In this document: one piece after another, positions 1 to 12,692 of the stretch
Numbering within the stretch: position 1 is the first letter of the stretch
Layout of the letters: every line of letters begins with the position of its first letter
Origin: Camelus dromedarius
Taxonomy: Eukaryota
Assembly (NCBI RefSeq): GCF_036321535.1
Contig: NC_087452.1
Location: forward strand, 4,340,001-4,404,000
Length of the DNA stretch: 64,000 bases
Direction of reading: 5' to 3'
Notes under the pieces: generated by a model
The model's database searches: none
What the model saw: the letters and a program-made list of their open reading frames with translations, nothing else
Told to the model about the DNA's origin: nothing
Translations under genes and position numbers: made by a program

Positions 1-334
1 ACATTTGTACCTGGTTTTCAGCATACACTATAATATTGTTGGTTTGTTTGTATTAGCATCGGTTTTAGAATATTATTTAGCGTACACTAAACTTTTGTTT
101 TCACGTACTAAACAGATTCCAGCGAGCTGCTGAGGTACACCAGGAGATCGGCGTGGTCTTAACAAGTCAACAAGAACTTACTAGACACCTATTACGTGTT
201 AGATACTGGTTGAATAAAGAAGAATAAAACTTGGATCTTCTCAGTGACTACATAATTTGGCTTAGGGAATGTATAAAACAGAAAATAAGATCAGATGGCC
301 TCCAATTAAGGGCCAAACATGTTAGAGAAGTGTA

Positions 335-1375
335 TTCTTTCACTTAACAAGTATGAACGAGCCCCACTGTTCACCGCACTTGGGACATCGGCGGGTTAAC
401 AAACGAGACAAGGATCTCTGCCTTCATAGGGCTAATAGGCTAGTGGGATAAAGTGGCCAATAAACAATAAACACGATAAATAAGTAAGTTACATGGTAGG
501 TTAGATGACGATGAATGCTTTAGAAATAAGAAAATGTAGAGCCGGGGGAGGGGCGGGGGGGGAGAGAGAGAATTCAGTAGGGGTGTCGAGGCAGTCCTCA
601 CTCAAAGGTAACAGCTGAGCAAAGATTACAAGGAGCTGAGTCAGCCAAGGTGTCGGAGGAAGAGGGTTCCAGGAAGAAGCAAGAACTAGAGTGGAAGCAC
701 AAAGGAAGGGGGGAGGAATAGCAAGGAGGCGGGTGTGGCTGGGGCCGAGGGGGAGAGGCAGTCAGGGAGAGGAGGAGGGGGGACACTGATGGCAGCGGGG
801 TGGGGTGCTGGGCACAGGGGAGCCCCTGCAGGGTGCTGAGCAGGCTGACAGACCTGACTTCCATTTCACCGTGATCCCTCTGGAAGACGAACGGGTTGAG
901 ATCAGGCTGCTGGGAGGTCAGGCAGAAGGAGGCAGATCTGTCAAGAGGCTGGGACAGCACTCTCGGCGGGGGGACGGGGGGTGGGTTGCATCAGGGTGGT
1001 GGCAGTGGAGGGGGGCAAGAGATACCGTTTTGTGGGGAAAGAGAGCGCAATTAACAGTAATGTGTTCAGAGACTGTTTTCATGGAGCAGCCGTCACTTGA
1101 TCCTGACCTTGAAGGACAGAGAGGACTGGAAAATGTGGAGGAACTGGGAGGGGCGCTCCAGGCTCGGATGCAAGAGTGAGTGTGGCTTATCCTTGGGACA
1201 GTAACGTCAGTCCAGTTAGAGCATGGCAGACCAGTCTCTGGGGCGTGGAGGGAAATGAGATACGCAAGGTGAAACCCAGATTACAAAGAGCTCGGAGAGC
1301 CAGGCAAAGGTGTTGAGACCTCACAGTCCTCACTCTGGTGCCTTGAACATAGCAGGTGCTCAATACATATTAGAA
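335..1375. mobile_element. Fragmented L2 remnants
   Basis: ACAAGGATCTCTGCCTTCATAGGGCT..., CACTTGATCCTGACCTTGAAGGA... and GAACATAGCAGGTGCTCAATACATATT are L2 3'-region motifs. Confidence 0.5.
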
Positions 1376-4300
1376 GACGGGTAATAAAGACGGGCTTTTA
1401 GGACCACTGATCTGGCAGATTGGAATGGCTGGCTGAGAGTTTCTCATTTAGAAGGTCGGCTAAAAGGCCATACAGAAATTCTGGCCTGAGATAATGAGGG
1501 ATAATTCGGTGTAGGTAATTGCCAGTTGACTGTTTTAAATCTACTTTATAATGCAAACCATTCACCACTTGTGGGAACCTCAATCTTGTGTTGGCAATCC
1601 CTTACTCAAATAAAAATTACGTGGGTCTAAAAAACTGTGTACTCAAGCAGCCACGTGATCTTAATTCCCAGGTTATAAGAGTTGGATGGCAGTTACTATG
1701 AAGTAAATGTGCAATGCTTGTGTCTCTAAATTAGTTACAGGTGCAAAACCATTGACAAAAAAACGATAATCTGGAAGAGGTTTATAGAAACTTAGTTCCA
1801 TTCAAATGAGTCTGATTCATTTTCTACCACACATTTTCACAAATACTCAACACTGTAGATGGACACAATGCATTTTCTGGACAACTTTCTAATGCCTAAT
1901 TTAAGGGTATCCAAAGGAAGCTAGAATAACAGAACCCTAGCGTCTGTTCTGTTGATCTAACACAACTAAGAAATTTGCTTTGCTCAGATTTCCTCTGATA
2001 CCAAGAATATGTGCCTTACAAAAGAGTTGTGATGATTTTAGAATCTCCCCCAGGTTATCTTGTTCAAGTTATAAGTGAGAATGCCGACAAAGGTAATAAT
2101 CTACAGCAACCTCCATAAAAGGTATAAAAACTTTTTCATTTAATGACCCATTTTTACACTGCAATTAACAGTTAAGTGGATAACTGCTGTCAGACAGCCT
2201 TTAGGACACATTGTATCAGACAAGGAGTTCTAGGGGAAAATAAAACTTTAAAAAAAACACGGTGTTTTCTTGTAAGCATTTAATATAAATGACACTTGTG
2301 TTCTGGATGTTTCCTATAATTCATAATTTGCAGGGTGGGGAAGGACAAGAGAAATGACCCTTTTTGGAAGCCAGGAGATTCTCAGATTCTAGAAACCTAC
2401 CAAATCTACTAAGTCCTAGTGATCAGAAAAGAGATGTGAGCAGTTAAATCAGAAATAAATAATAAAACTAAAGCCACATGAAGGAAAACATTATTATGGA
2501 CAATAGTAAAATTCTAGAAAAAGGCCCTGGAGGGGTATTACTTGTGAGACAAGGAAATTCAGAGCTGTCAGTGACCTAACTCCTCACCATCTAGAGGACA
2601 TTATAACGTTAAGACTTTTTCAGTGTCTCTAAGGATAAAACACATCAGCATCACTGTCATCTACACACAAAGGATGATTTCAGCTTTTGGAAACTGATTC
2701 TTTTCACAGGCAAATGTTAATGAAAGTGGGAGGTAACTCCCTCATTAAAAAAAAATCAGACATAATGACACTTCCTCTAAGTTTGATCATTTCCTTATCA
2801 AAACATTCACGGGAGGTCGAGCAGAAGCCTCATCTCACTCAAAATTGCCACTTATTTTGATGCATGAGGAATCCTGCAGCTTCCCCACCCCCCACATCCC
2901 TTAAAATGCTTCAGATTTAGGGTATTACATGTCTTCCATGCTGTCCACAAGTGGTTAACACCACAAAGCCAGGACCACGAACTCTGCATAGGGTGTCAGA
3001 CGTGCTTTCGCAAATACTGCCGTTTAACCCTACACCAGTCCTGCATTTTCTGTTAACATAAGTGGAAACGGAAGGCAGAGGGGCTAAGCGACTTGCTCAA
3101 AATTACACAGAAGGTACGTGGCCAAGACAGGACTGGCGGTTACATCCCCTGCTACTACATGGCTCTCTTCAAATTTCTGGAAAGGTGAAAACTTGGGTCA
3201 GTTACCTAAACGCTTCCAAGGATACAGCGCCCTGGAGTCACACAGACACCGTTTAAGTATCCGTCAGTAGAAATGGCGGCCGATCACTCCCTCCTCTCTC
3301 AGGAGGGACTCTTGTTTCAAAGAATCCTCTATTGCAGCATTTATCATGTCTCTAAGGCATATTTCCATTGCTCAATCGGCTCCCAGCGAAGAGCGTGTCA
3401 TCATCTTTCAGTGCTCTGGTGCAACAACTCAGAACTGGAGAATTCACACAGGACCGAGTCTGGCACTGAACGCAGGAGGCATATTCGGCTTGAGTTCAGG
3501 GAAGCTTCCCTTCCATCTTGCCAATTTTTACTAGTGCAAATGGATTCAGAGCCAGTATGGGGTTATGTGGGGTTCCTTGCAACGCTACGCTGAAAACAGT
3601 CAGGGAAATGCAAAAACGGGCCTCGCAGTGATAAGGGAGCCTGGGGAAACGTGTACAAGTCCCCTTCAGGCATCGTGGTGACACAGTGGACTTTTCAGTC
3701 TTACAAATGGGACCAGTACAGCTGGACATCTGGGTCATTCACACTCAATGAGCCACTTTGTCTTCAATAGCTGCACCCAGATCCTTGCGACACCCCGATT
3801 CCCCTTGGCCTGGGATGAGGAAGAGGAGCACCTGAATGAATGCCTGTATCTGGGCCAAGGCCCTAATCTCCAGTGTTTCACCTCCGCTGGCCTCAATTAG
3901 CTAATGGTGACCATACTGCCGACTCATTTTCAAGTCTGTCTGTTTGTTTTGGCAAGGGTGGAGTAAATACGTAGTGGTCCTCTACAAAATACAATAGAAG
4001 TTAACAATAACAGATCTCTGGCCTTTAGGAATTCGTATTTTTAACAGAAAAACAACACGAATAAGGAGTAATCAGAGACCACATAACACAAGAGAACAAC
4101 TGGTGCACTGTACAATCTCTTAACTGCTAACAGTTCTATTCTGTACCGTGTTAATTAAGATGAAAAGTACTGGGTTACTCTTCTGAAGATTTGAGACTCA
4201 AAAAAACTAAACTCAGGGAAAATTCAAGGCATACAAATAAAGAGACTAGTACAGAATGAAAACTAACTTGAAACACATAACTATCCCTTATCATTTCTCC

Positions 4301-4600
4301 CCTAGTTAACCTAAAATACTTGTTGAACTGCATTCTGAACATATTCTATTCGAAGAGACAAAACGATCAAATTTTTGACTCCGGGATTACTTCATAGTAT
4401 AGCTAGGACATTCTGCCTTGATGCAGGCTAAGTTAATAACTAGAGAAAAATGGCAATAATTTTGATGGCTTGTAGAAAAACAGAATAACAGACTTTTACA
4501 TTATACAATGAATCTAAGCTCCTATCTAAGAGACTCAGAAGATAGAAGAACACATTGAGTCCAATCATCGTAATAAAATGAAATGGCGTTTCAGGAAGTG

Positions 4601-4972
4601 TTTTTTTCTTTTTTTAATATATTTATTGAAGTATAGTCAGTTTACAATGTTGTGTCAATTTCTGGTGTACTGCACAGTGCTTCTGTCATATAGGAACATA
4701 CATATATTCGTTTTCACCATAAGTTACTACAAAATATTGAATATAGTTCCCTGTGCTGTACAGTATGAGCTTGTTATTTATCTATTATATATATATTAGT
4801 TACTATCTGCAACTCTCAAACTCCCAATTTATCCCTTCCCACTCCCTTCCCCCACCCCGTAACCGTAAGTTTGTTTTCTACATCTGTGAGTCTGTTTCTG
4901 TTTTGTAAATAAGTTTGTCTTCTTTTTTTTTTTTTTTTAAGATTCCACATATAAGGGATATCTTATGGTATT
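4601..4972 (-). mobile_element. L1 3'-end fragment (cetartiodactyl/camelid type)
   Basis: T-tract followed by TTGAAGTATAGTCAGTTTACAATGTTGTGTCAATTTCTGGTGTAC..., the reverse complement of the L1 3'UTR end shared with other copies in this window. Confidence 0.85.
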
Positions 4973-5814
4973 GGGAATACTTTTTCTTAATTTTTAAGAA
5001 GCTTGATGTTTAAAAAATTTGTGATTAATACGTTCAAACTTCAGGCTTCCAGAAAAATCAGAACGTTAAAACGTAAAGGCATCCATTTCAACAATCAAAG
5101 AACTTGATTTTAATGCTTTAGCATTTATATTACAAAACGTGAATGTGACTAGTTAACACAATCTATTTTTACACGGCATCTTGAGAAGAAAAAATAAAAC
5201 GAAGAGAAAGACAGAAATAAGTACGAATGGTACAGAACAGAAGCAGCTGGGCTAAGACACTCCCGCAGAAGGAGCTGTAGAAATGAAGAGCTCACATTTT
5301 GCAATGGCCAAGGAAGAAATGTTAAAGATGAGGCACCTCTCTGAACCTTTTATATCTGAGTACCAGTAACGATCATTTATTTAACATGCAACAGGCATTT
5401 AGAGGCCTCGTTTCCTTTATGCGAAAAGTGAGATGCTTAGAAGAGACATTCTCCAAGGTGCCCTCACTCTCTTCTACAAAGCACTAGGCAATGTGCCAGG
5501 TACCCTAAGAAATATAAAGAAGACTCTAACTTGGTTCCACACTCTGGAAGCATACAATTCTTTGAGAGAGAGAAAATGTACACACACGTACCTAGATTTT
5601 AAAGTAGAACAAAACGTGCCTAAGGACTTTAAGGGGAATAAATGCCGTAGGAGGGATAAACATCGCTATGAGAGATGTAACACACAAGACTGAAAGGAGG
5701 AAAAGCAACTCTTCGGGAATTCTAAAAAGATCTCAAGTATTTTGGGGAAACATATATATAAACCCAGGAAATAAAAACAAATGGGATATTTGGGGGATAT
5801 AAATATACCTTTAA

Positions 5815-5955
5815 GGGGGAGGGTACAGCTCAAGTGGTAGAGCAATGCTTAGCACGCATGAGGTCCTGGGCTCAGTCCCCAGTACCTCCCCTAAGAATAA
5901 ATAGATAAATAAACCGAATTACCTCCCCCCACCAAAAAAAGAAAAATATATATAT
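5815..5955 (+). mobile_element. tRNA-Ala-derived camelid-type SINE
   Basis: tRNA-like head, A-rich tail with CTAATTACCTCCCC-type motif, and 11-bp target-site duplication ATATACCTTTA (5803-5813 and 5956-5966). Confidence 0.9.
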
Positions 5956-6208
5956 ATATACCTTTAGTGCTTAAAATTCAGGACACAGAAGTCACGCACA
6001 GAGATGAAATATGGATTAGTTCAGGTTTTTCTGAAGTTCTGAATATGCTTATAAGTGACCGCAATAGCAATAAACTGAGCATCAGAATACTGAACTATAC
6101 ACATCACAGTATCAGAACAAATACAACCTGGAAAACAAACAACAGGAACAACTTTACCTTCCAAAACGCCCGAAGTACCCCAACAGCCATCCCTGGAACT
6201 GACTTTAC

Positions 6209-6290
6209 CTTGTGAAGTGTGTGCAGACAGTGCACCAGCAAAGGAATCGCTTTCTGGGTCAATAAGAGAATCTCCCAGGGTCTCACCCAT
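6209..6290 (-). CDS. PPARG: PPARgamma2-specific coding exon B (27 codons + 1 nt: [27 protein letters not shown])
   Basis: Close to human PPARgamma2 [28 protein letters not shown]. Ends in a phase-1 donor CAAG|GTAAAG at 6209/6208. Confidence 0.97.
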
Positions 6291-6700
6291 AACAGCACGG
6301 AATAGGGATTTGCTGTAAATCGCACTGATACTTTGTCTATTTCTTGCAAAAGGCCAACCCGTTAAAAGAAAAAGATCTGTGGTAGTAGAACCTGTGAATG
6401 CACCAATGAATCAAGACATCAGTTTCCAAATATTTGGGAGAGGTGGGAATAAACCCACAAAGGACCAGGCCTGCACTGGCTGGTGTGCTCCTGTCGGAGG
6501 CCAGCTGTGACAGAACGCTGTGTCATAATGTTGTTCACTGCTTTGGCAAGACTTGGTACATTACAAGGAAAACATTGCCACATCGTCTCGCCAGTGACCC
6601 ACATGTTCAGTGTCTTGTGAGGGGCGCGTGCAGTACAGTACTTAGAACTCTCAGAGCAACGAGATTGTTCAACGCTCTACTGCTTCTTAAACGGGAAACT
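6291..6700 (-). promoter_or_regulatory. PPARG: PPARgamma2 (P2) proximal promoter and exon B 5'UTR
   Basis: Directly upstream of the gamma2 ATG. The minus strand reads GTCTTGCCAAAGCAGTGAAC...CTCTCCCAAATATTTGGAAACTGATGTCTTG...TCTTTTTCTTTTAACGG...CCCTATTCCGTGCTGTTATG, resembling the remembered human P2 region. The exact TSS cannot be determined. Confidence 0.85.
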
Positions 6701-7059
6701 TTACATCTTTACATAGGTTATGAAATCCCAGATAGACTGACTCAAAGCTTTTTTTCCTGTCTGCCCATCCCTGGTTGAATCTCTAATCCTATTCCCTGAC
6801 ATCTGAAGAAAACTTCCAAATTCAGACACGTGCTCCTATTTTAAAATTTGCTGTCAGCTACTGAGATGTTACGTTCTAAGCTATTTATTTGACTACTTTG
6901 TAAAGTAGGTCAGAAATGGTACTGACTGCTATCCAAATTGTATCCAATTAAAGAGCTGAGAAAATGGAGATGGGGCCTGATACGGTTTAGATTTTATGTA
7001 TCAGGGTCTGTTCTTTAAAAACTTGATAATTAAGTTTATCCATCAAAAGCAAGTGTAGA

Positions 7060-7195
7060 GGGGAGGGTGTATAGCTCAGTGGTAGAGTGCATGCTTAGCA
7101 TGCAGGAGGTCCTGGGTTCAATTCCCAGTACCTCTGTTGAAAAAAAAAAAAAAACCAAAAACCTAATTACCTCCCCAAATAAATAAATAAAAACA
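7060..7195 (+). mobile_element. tRNA-Ala-derived camelid-type SINE with intact Pol III A and B boxes
   Basis: A box TAGCTCAGTGG at 7072-7082, B box GTTCAATTC at 7116-7124, then poly(A), CTAATTACCTCCCC and an (AATA)n tail. Confidence 0.9.
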
Positions 7196-7952
7196 TGAAA
7201 TTTAAAAAAAAATTAGCAAATGCGGCAACGCTGCACCAGCTTATGTTTGAACATCGGTTAGTGCTTAAATGATAAATTCCATACCATAGCGAGAGACGTG
7301 GAGTCCTCTCTGAGGGGAACAGTGCACTGCTGGGGGAAAAATGGACTTAGACTGATAGGCTGGCGAGGAATTGTGGTCAGTTTTGTAACCAGGAAAAAGC
7401 TGGCTTCTCGCTCGAGGCCTTTGTCCTTTTTGGTGAGGAGGAACAGGAGCTGTGCCAAACCTCAACGTGGGAGCAGCTCTCTGTTGTCACACAAGCCGCC
7501 TCACAGAACTGTGGTGACTCGTGGACTTAAAAAGATGCCCCAACCTAGGGCAAGATATCAGATGGCAATAAATCTCTTAATTACGCTGGTCCCAGTACTC
7601 CCCATGTGCAGTCAATACATATCTGGTTTATCTACATTGAGTAACTGGACGTCCTGTGAGGGACCAGCAAAAGCCTTCTCTTCAGTCATCCCGGGGCAGC
7701 GCCTGGTGGGAAGGACACCTGCTGGGTCTCAGCGGCGCCGGGTTAAGTGCAGGGTTGGGCAATTACATCGTGCATAAACCTTTAAAAACCAAAAAGCCTC
7801 GATGAAGGTAATTCACGTGAAAGCGAGTTTCCTGACAGTCCAAGTGACCGAGGTAATCAGTTGTGCAAACCTTGTCTTATCTATACTCAATAAAGGAGCT
7901 TCTCTTTTCCTCTCAGTGGGAAATTTCCTTACATGACAGGCTCAGTGACATA

Positions 7953-8022
7953 TTTTTTTTTACTGAAGTGCAGCCAGTTACAATCTGTCAATTTCTGGCA
8001 TACAGCACAACGTCCCAGTCAT
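7953..8022 (-). mobile_element. Very short L1 3'-end fragment
   Basis: T-tract + ACTGAAGTGCAGCCAGTTACAATCTGTCAATTTCTGG...CCCAGTCAT, homologous to the starts of the copies at 40791 and 48305. Confidence 0.75.
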
Positions 8023-9204
8023 CAGTGACGTCATATTAATTATGACGTCATAATTAATTATGATTAATCCAAGATTCTTGGTTGCATTTGTGATCGATAG
8101 AAACAAATTATTAAAGTCAAGAACACTTTTTTCCTGTTAATAAAACAGAACAAAAACGTAAGCCCTGTTCTGCCTACAGATACTCCGACTCAACGTCCCA
8201 AGACGTATTCGAGTCTGGAAGACAAATTTCAGCTTTATTCTCGTTAAGTGGCAGTATCTCATCCAATTCCCTAACCATCATCTCATTCTTGCCTTCAGAT
8301 TCCAAAGTCTCTCCGATTTGTAAACAATGAACAAGTTTACTAAAATGTTCTTAAGCTTAGGCTGGCTTATGAGAATGATAAAGTTGGCAGAACGATACCA
8401 TTTTCGAACGAGAGAAGCCCTTTACGGTCTGAGGCTCTATGACTGAGATGAGAAAGTGAGGCCCCCAGATGACAAGTAAATTCTCCAGGTTAAAGAGTGA
8501 GGTCGGGGCAGGTGTCCAGACCTCTCGTCCTCAGGACAGTCAGTCTGACACTGGCCTGCGCCGACTTCTACTCTCAGAAGTGCCTAAATCACCTCTTTTA
8601 AAAACTCTGGCCACAGGGAAAGAACACAGGGTGAGTTAAGGGGAAAATATGTCAACTCTCTCAAGGAATATCGATGACTAACTGTGTTACTCGTTTTTCA
8701 ACACCTCTGGTCGTGCAGGGGGTGTGGGAAGTTCCTCACTGCCCTCTTCCTCTTGTTCCCACATTTCCTCAGTGACGGCATAGCCCACTCAGGCCACAGA
8801 CTTCTGTCTGAGGATGGGTAATTCATAATTTCATCCGAGGAGCAGGAAAGCTTAATTCCTACTTCGTGACATTTGAAAAAACAACGGACAGTTTGGTATT
8901 TGAGAAGGCTGCTCTTTGGTATTTGGCCTCCAGTATTATTTACGGAACCCATCTTTGGCAAAAGAATCTGAACATTATTCAGCCAAAAAACTCCCCGCAT
9001 TTTAGAACATTTAGGAGAACACAACTAGAGTGGTAACAGCTGTATATGATTCCATAACAAAAAGAGAATGTCTAAAAATGAATCATAAAACCGTAGTACT
9101 ATAATTGTGCAAAGTTTTTTAAAAAGCATGATTTGCATCAAATATTCCTGTAAAATAGAGTATCTTTCATGTCACATTGCTCTTGAAAACTAATTAAAAC
9201 TTGG

Positions 9205-9422
9205 CTCTTTTTTTCTTATCAAGGGAACACTGGTTTACAGCATTATATAAGTTTTATGTCTCCAACATTACGTTTCAACTTCTGTATACACGACAGCGTG
9301 CTCACCACCAAAGGGCTAGTTTCCCACCCATCACTATACAGTTGGCCCCCTTTATCCATTTTGCCGTCCCCGCCACCCTCCTTTCCCTCTGGTAGCCACC
9401 AGACTGTTCTCTGAATCTGTGT
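9205..9422 (-). mobile_element. L1 3'-end fragment (older subfamily)
   Basis: T-tract followed by a typical L1 3'UTR reverse complement ending CCTTTCCCTCTGGTAGCCACC...TGTTCTCTG. Confidence 0.6.
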
Positions 9423-12294
9423 AAAACCTTTTATTTTTTAGGGGATTATAGGTTAAATTAGGGTTTCATTCTCCAGACTGAATTTCTCAAACTGCTTTAA
9501 TTGCTTTCTTTCATTCTGGTGTAACTTAAGCTCTGTTAGCAGAAGTTAGGAGAGTGCGCACAGTAGTCTCTTCTTTGGCTACAACCCCACTTAAAAAGTC
9601 GCTCCCTTTCTTGCTGCAAGTGCCATGAGCACTTAACGCCAGCTCCGAAAAGGCCAGGAGCTCCTTGAGAGAACACCACCCGGTACCTCTGAGCAACCCT
9701 CAGGCCTTGCCCAGTGTCCCTAGTTGGCATAAACCCGTGTTTACTGTTTTTGCTGGTGACGTGAACCACGCGGGAACAGCTGCTCCACACGTCTGTCCCA
9801 CAGATCACGCAAGGAGGACTTCAGAGACCTCGTGAACCGACAGCCTCATCAATGTCCCCCTCGTTCCGACAAGGCTGACATTTCCCCATGGTCCTCCACG
9901 TGACTGCTGACACCCAGAGCGACGACCGCCGCTCAACCCCCCGCCTCCCCCCCAGAACCGCTGTCTCTTCCTAGCGCAGCTCAGGTTGGCTCGGAGCCTC
10001 CTCTTCCAGCAGTGGTTACACCAGCTCAGAGTTTCCTCATATCAGAGGGAACAAAACATGGAAGGAATGATGTTCTGTGGGACACGTGCCTTTCAGAAGA
10101 ACAAATAATCTTGCATCCTTACATGGAAATTCCACCGCAGCCATCACAGCAAGCCTGGTAGTCCCATGGAAAGGGACAAAGGCAGGCCGCCACTGAAAAC
10201 ATCTGTTTTAAAGGCAGGCTCCGTTCTTCTTTAATCAAAAACTGTAATTCGGTTCAGATTTTCAAAAAGTAACACGTGTCCTATACAGGATTAGTATCGA
10301 AAACTAATATACCATTCTGATTGACAATAATGAAATGATGTTAACTTGTAGCCAAGAGCTCCAGCAGACGTGTGTTTGATATTTGAAAAGGTCTTCTTGA
10401 CCCTGAAGCTTTGTAGCATCTGGAAAAGCACACTGACATTGGAGACAGAAAGCCTAGGCTTTGGTTTCCTCTATGGGTTCAGGCCACAGACTTGTGTCAA
10501 CTCTTTGGGTTCCAATTTCTCATTTTAGAATGAATCTTGTCTTTCTGCAAAACAGACTGACCCTTAAAGTCCTTTTGGATCCTAGAGTGGAGCTACGTAA
10601 CAGTATGCCTGTGATTCGTTTATGTAAAGTGTGATGGAAATTCTGTATACTGCATTCTTACTCATGTTCTAATCCGAAGTTACTAGTTCATTTTCATACC
10701 TGACTGCTAATTAGGTGACCGCATGAAAGGCACTTTTATCTGGAAACTTCCTTCTCCCCCCCGGCACCCCCTCCCCCGGCTCCCTGCCGGTCTCCTTCAA
10801 AAGTTAACTTGCTTGTAATACCTGAAAGAAAAAAAACAAAAACCTAACCTGTCTAACTACTTTCTAGGGATCAACTAAACACTTTTCAAGTCATTATACC
10901 TTTGAACCAAAGACATCCTACCTAAATTATGCTAACTTGTGTTTGCATGTAATATTTGAAATTCTCCAGTAATTTGGTTTGCAGCATGACAAAATACCAT
11001 GGGCGATATTATCAACCGACCATGTTGTGGGAGATCTTAAACCTCTGAAACATGTATCTTCTTCATTGCTCAGATTTTATCAATCAAGTCTCCCAAGATC
11101 AGTTATATGGAGATTCTCTCGGTAACATACCCTATCACTGGTGAACTACACTAGGACTCCAGAATGGCCCTAAAGCGAGCGTAGAGCCACAGAGCTACAT
11201 GCAAGTTTAGTTTACATAAAATAAGCAATTTACCAGTTCTGCAACTGTCTTAAAGGAAATATGTGGACTTTTGAGATCACAGACTCACATAACTTAATAC
11301 CAGGGGGATTAACACACTCAAACTCTGAAATTTTCATAAGGAAAAATGGGTGCTGGAGAAATGAAAGGATCTGTCCAGGGTATGACTGAGATAATTAGTA
11401 GCAGAGTTTGTGCTAGAAATCAGGTTTCTCTATTCCCAGTCCAAAGCTCCAAACTGCACTCTATCTCATTAAAATGATGCAATAAAACGTTCAAATAAAT
11501 TGTTCCAATCAATTATTCTTAATGCCAACAATCATGCTAGAAGTCTATCGGCATGAAAGCATTCGTACTCTATGATTCACTTAATGTGGATGAATCACCC
11601 ATGAGAATGCCACAGTTAATCACAGAGTTTAGAGGCAGTGCTTTCTGCAAAGGAAGCACCCCGTAACAGCTTGGTAATTACAATTTGGTAATATCTGATC
11701 AATCAGTCCGGGAATCCATTTTGCTGACAAATGTTCTTTTGCCTCATTCATAGATCCTTCATGAGTCACCCTGGCATCCTAGAGGGCTTATGCTACGAAC
11801 TATTGACACCGTTCCCTGCTCTTATGAAATAAAAAAAAATTTACCATGTGAAATTTCCACTGTAAGGTAATCACACTCTAATTTTTAAAAAGTACCTTAG
11901 AGCTGTATGCTGTTGTCATCTGTACTGAAATTCACAGTGATGCTGGGAGGGCCTTCAGAGCAACACAAGAAAAATAACAGTGGCTACTAAACAGAGCTTC
12001 AGCGTGGAACCTGGGAATGGTTTTTGTCTATAAAGTTAGTCTCTAATTTTCTGTCAACTCTCTAACTGCTATCATGAATAAAATGGGTCTACCTCTGCTA
12101 AATGGACTTCAAAAATTCACACTCATCTTTGAAGATTCCACACTCTGTACACCATTTCTTCGAGAAAAATGTTTATGTTCGTGAAACATACTTAAGAGCA
12201 AGAGGTGCCAGCTGATGACTGCTCTTATTTTATTAACCAAGTTGTCATGTGCAAGGTTTAGATTTTTGAGGATAAGAATTCATAACATCATAAC

Positions 12295-12460
12295 TTTGAA
12301 AGCCTACTCTGTTCCAGGCACTGACTTATTGAAATCATCTTTAATTATGGCAACTACTCTTTTAGATGAGAAAACTGAGGCTTAAAGAGATGACGTGGCA
12401 TGCCCAAAGCAAAAATGCTTCTGAAGTGACCGAGTCTGAAACCAAACACAGGTCTGTTTG
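12295..12460 (-). mobile_element. MIR SINE
   Basis: TTTTAGATGAGAAAACTGAGGCTTAAAGAGATGACGTGGCATGCCCAAAG core. Confidence 0.7.
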
Positions 12461-12692
12461 ACTCTTTGCGCCATGTTGACTAAAGGCAAACAGACCAAGC
12501 TTTACAGTCAAACTCATTACCAGATGTTTCTGAAAGACACCAAACTGTTTTTGAGTCTTTGTACCTTTCTTCCTCAGTGGAAGCATTTTTATTTTCCTTA
12601 AAGGACATAAAACATTGTTGCTTTTCTACTATACGAAAAGTTCTTTTTTTTTTTTAAGTAAGATTTTAACCAATCTGTTCACTGTTGAAAAA

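Noticed and set aside
6021-6290. 89-aa ORF starting MGETLG as a complete protein
   Set aside because: Only the first 27 codons are exon B. The rest is intronic read-through past the donor, except the 17 codons discussed as an alternative-donor extension.
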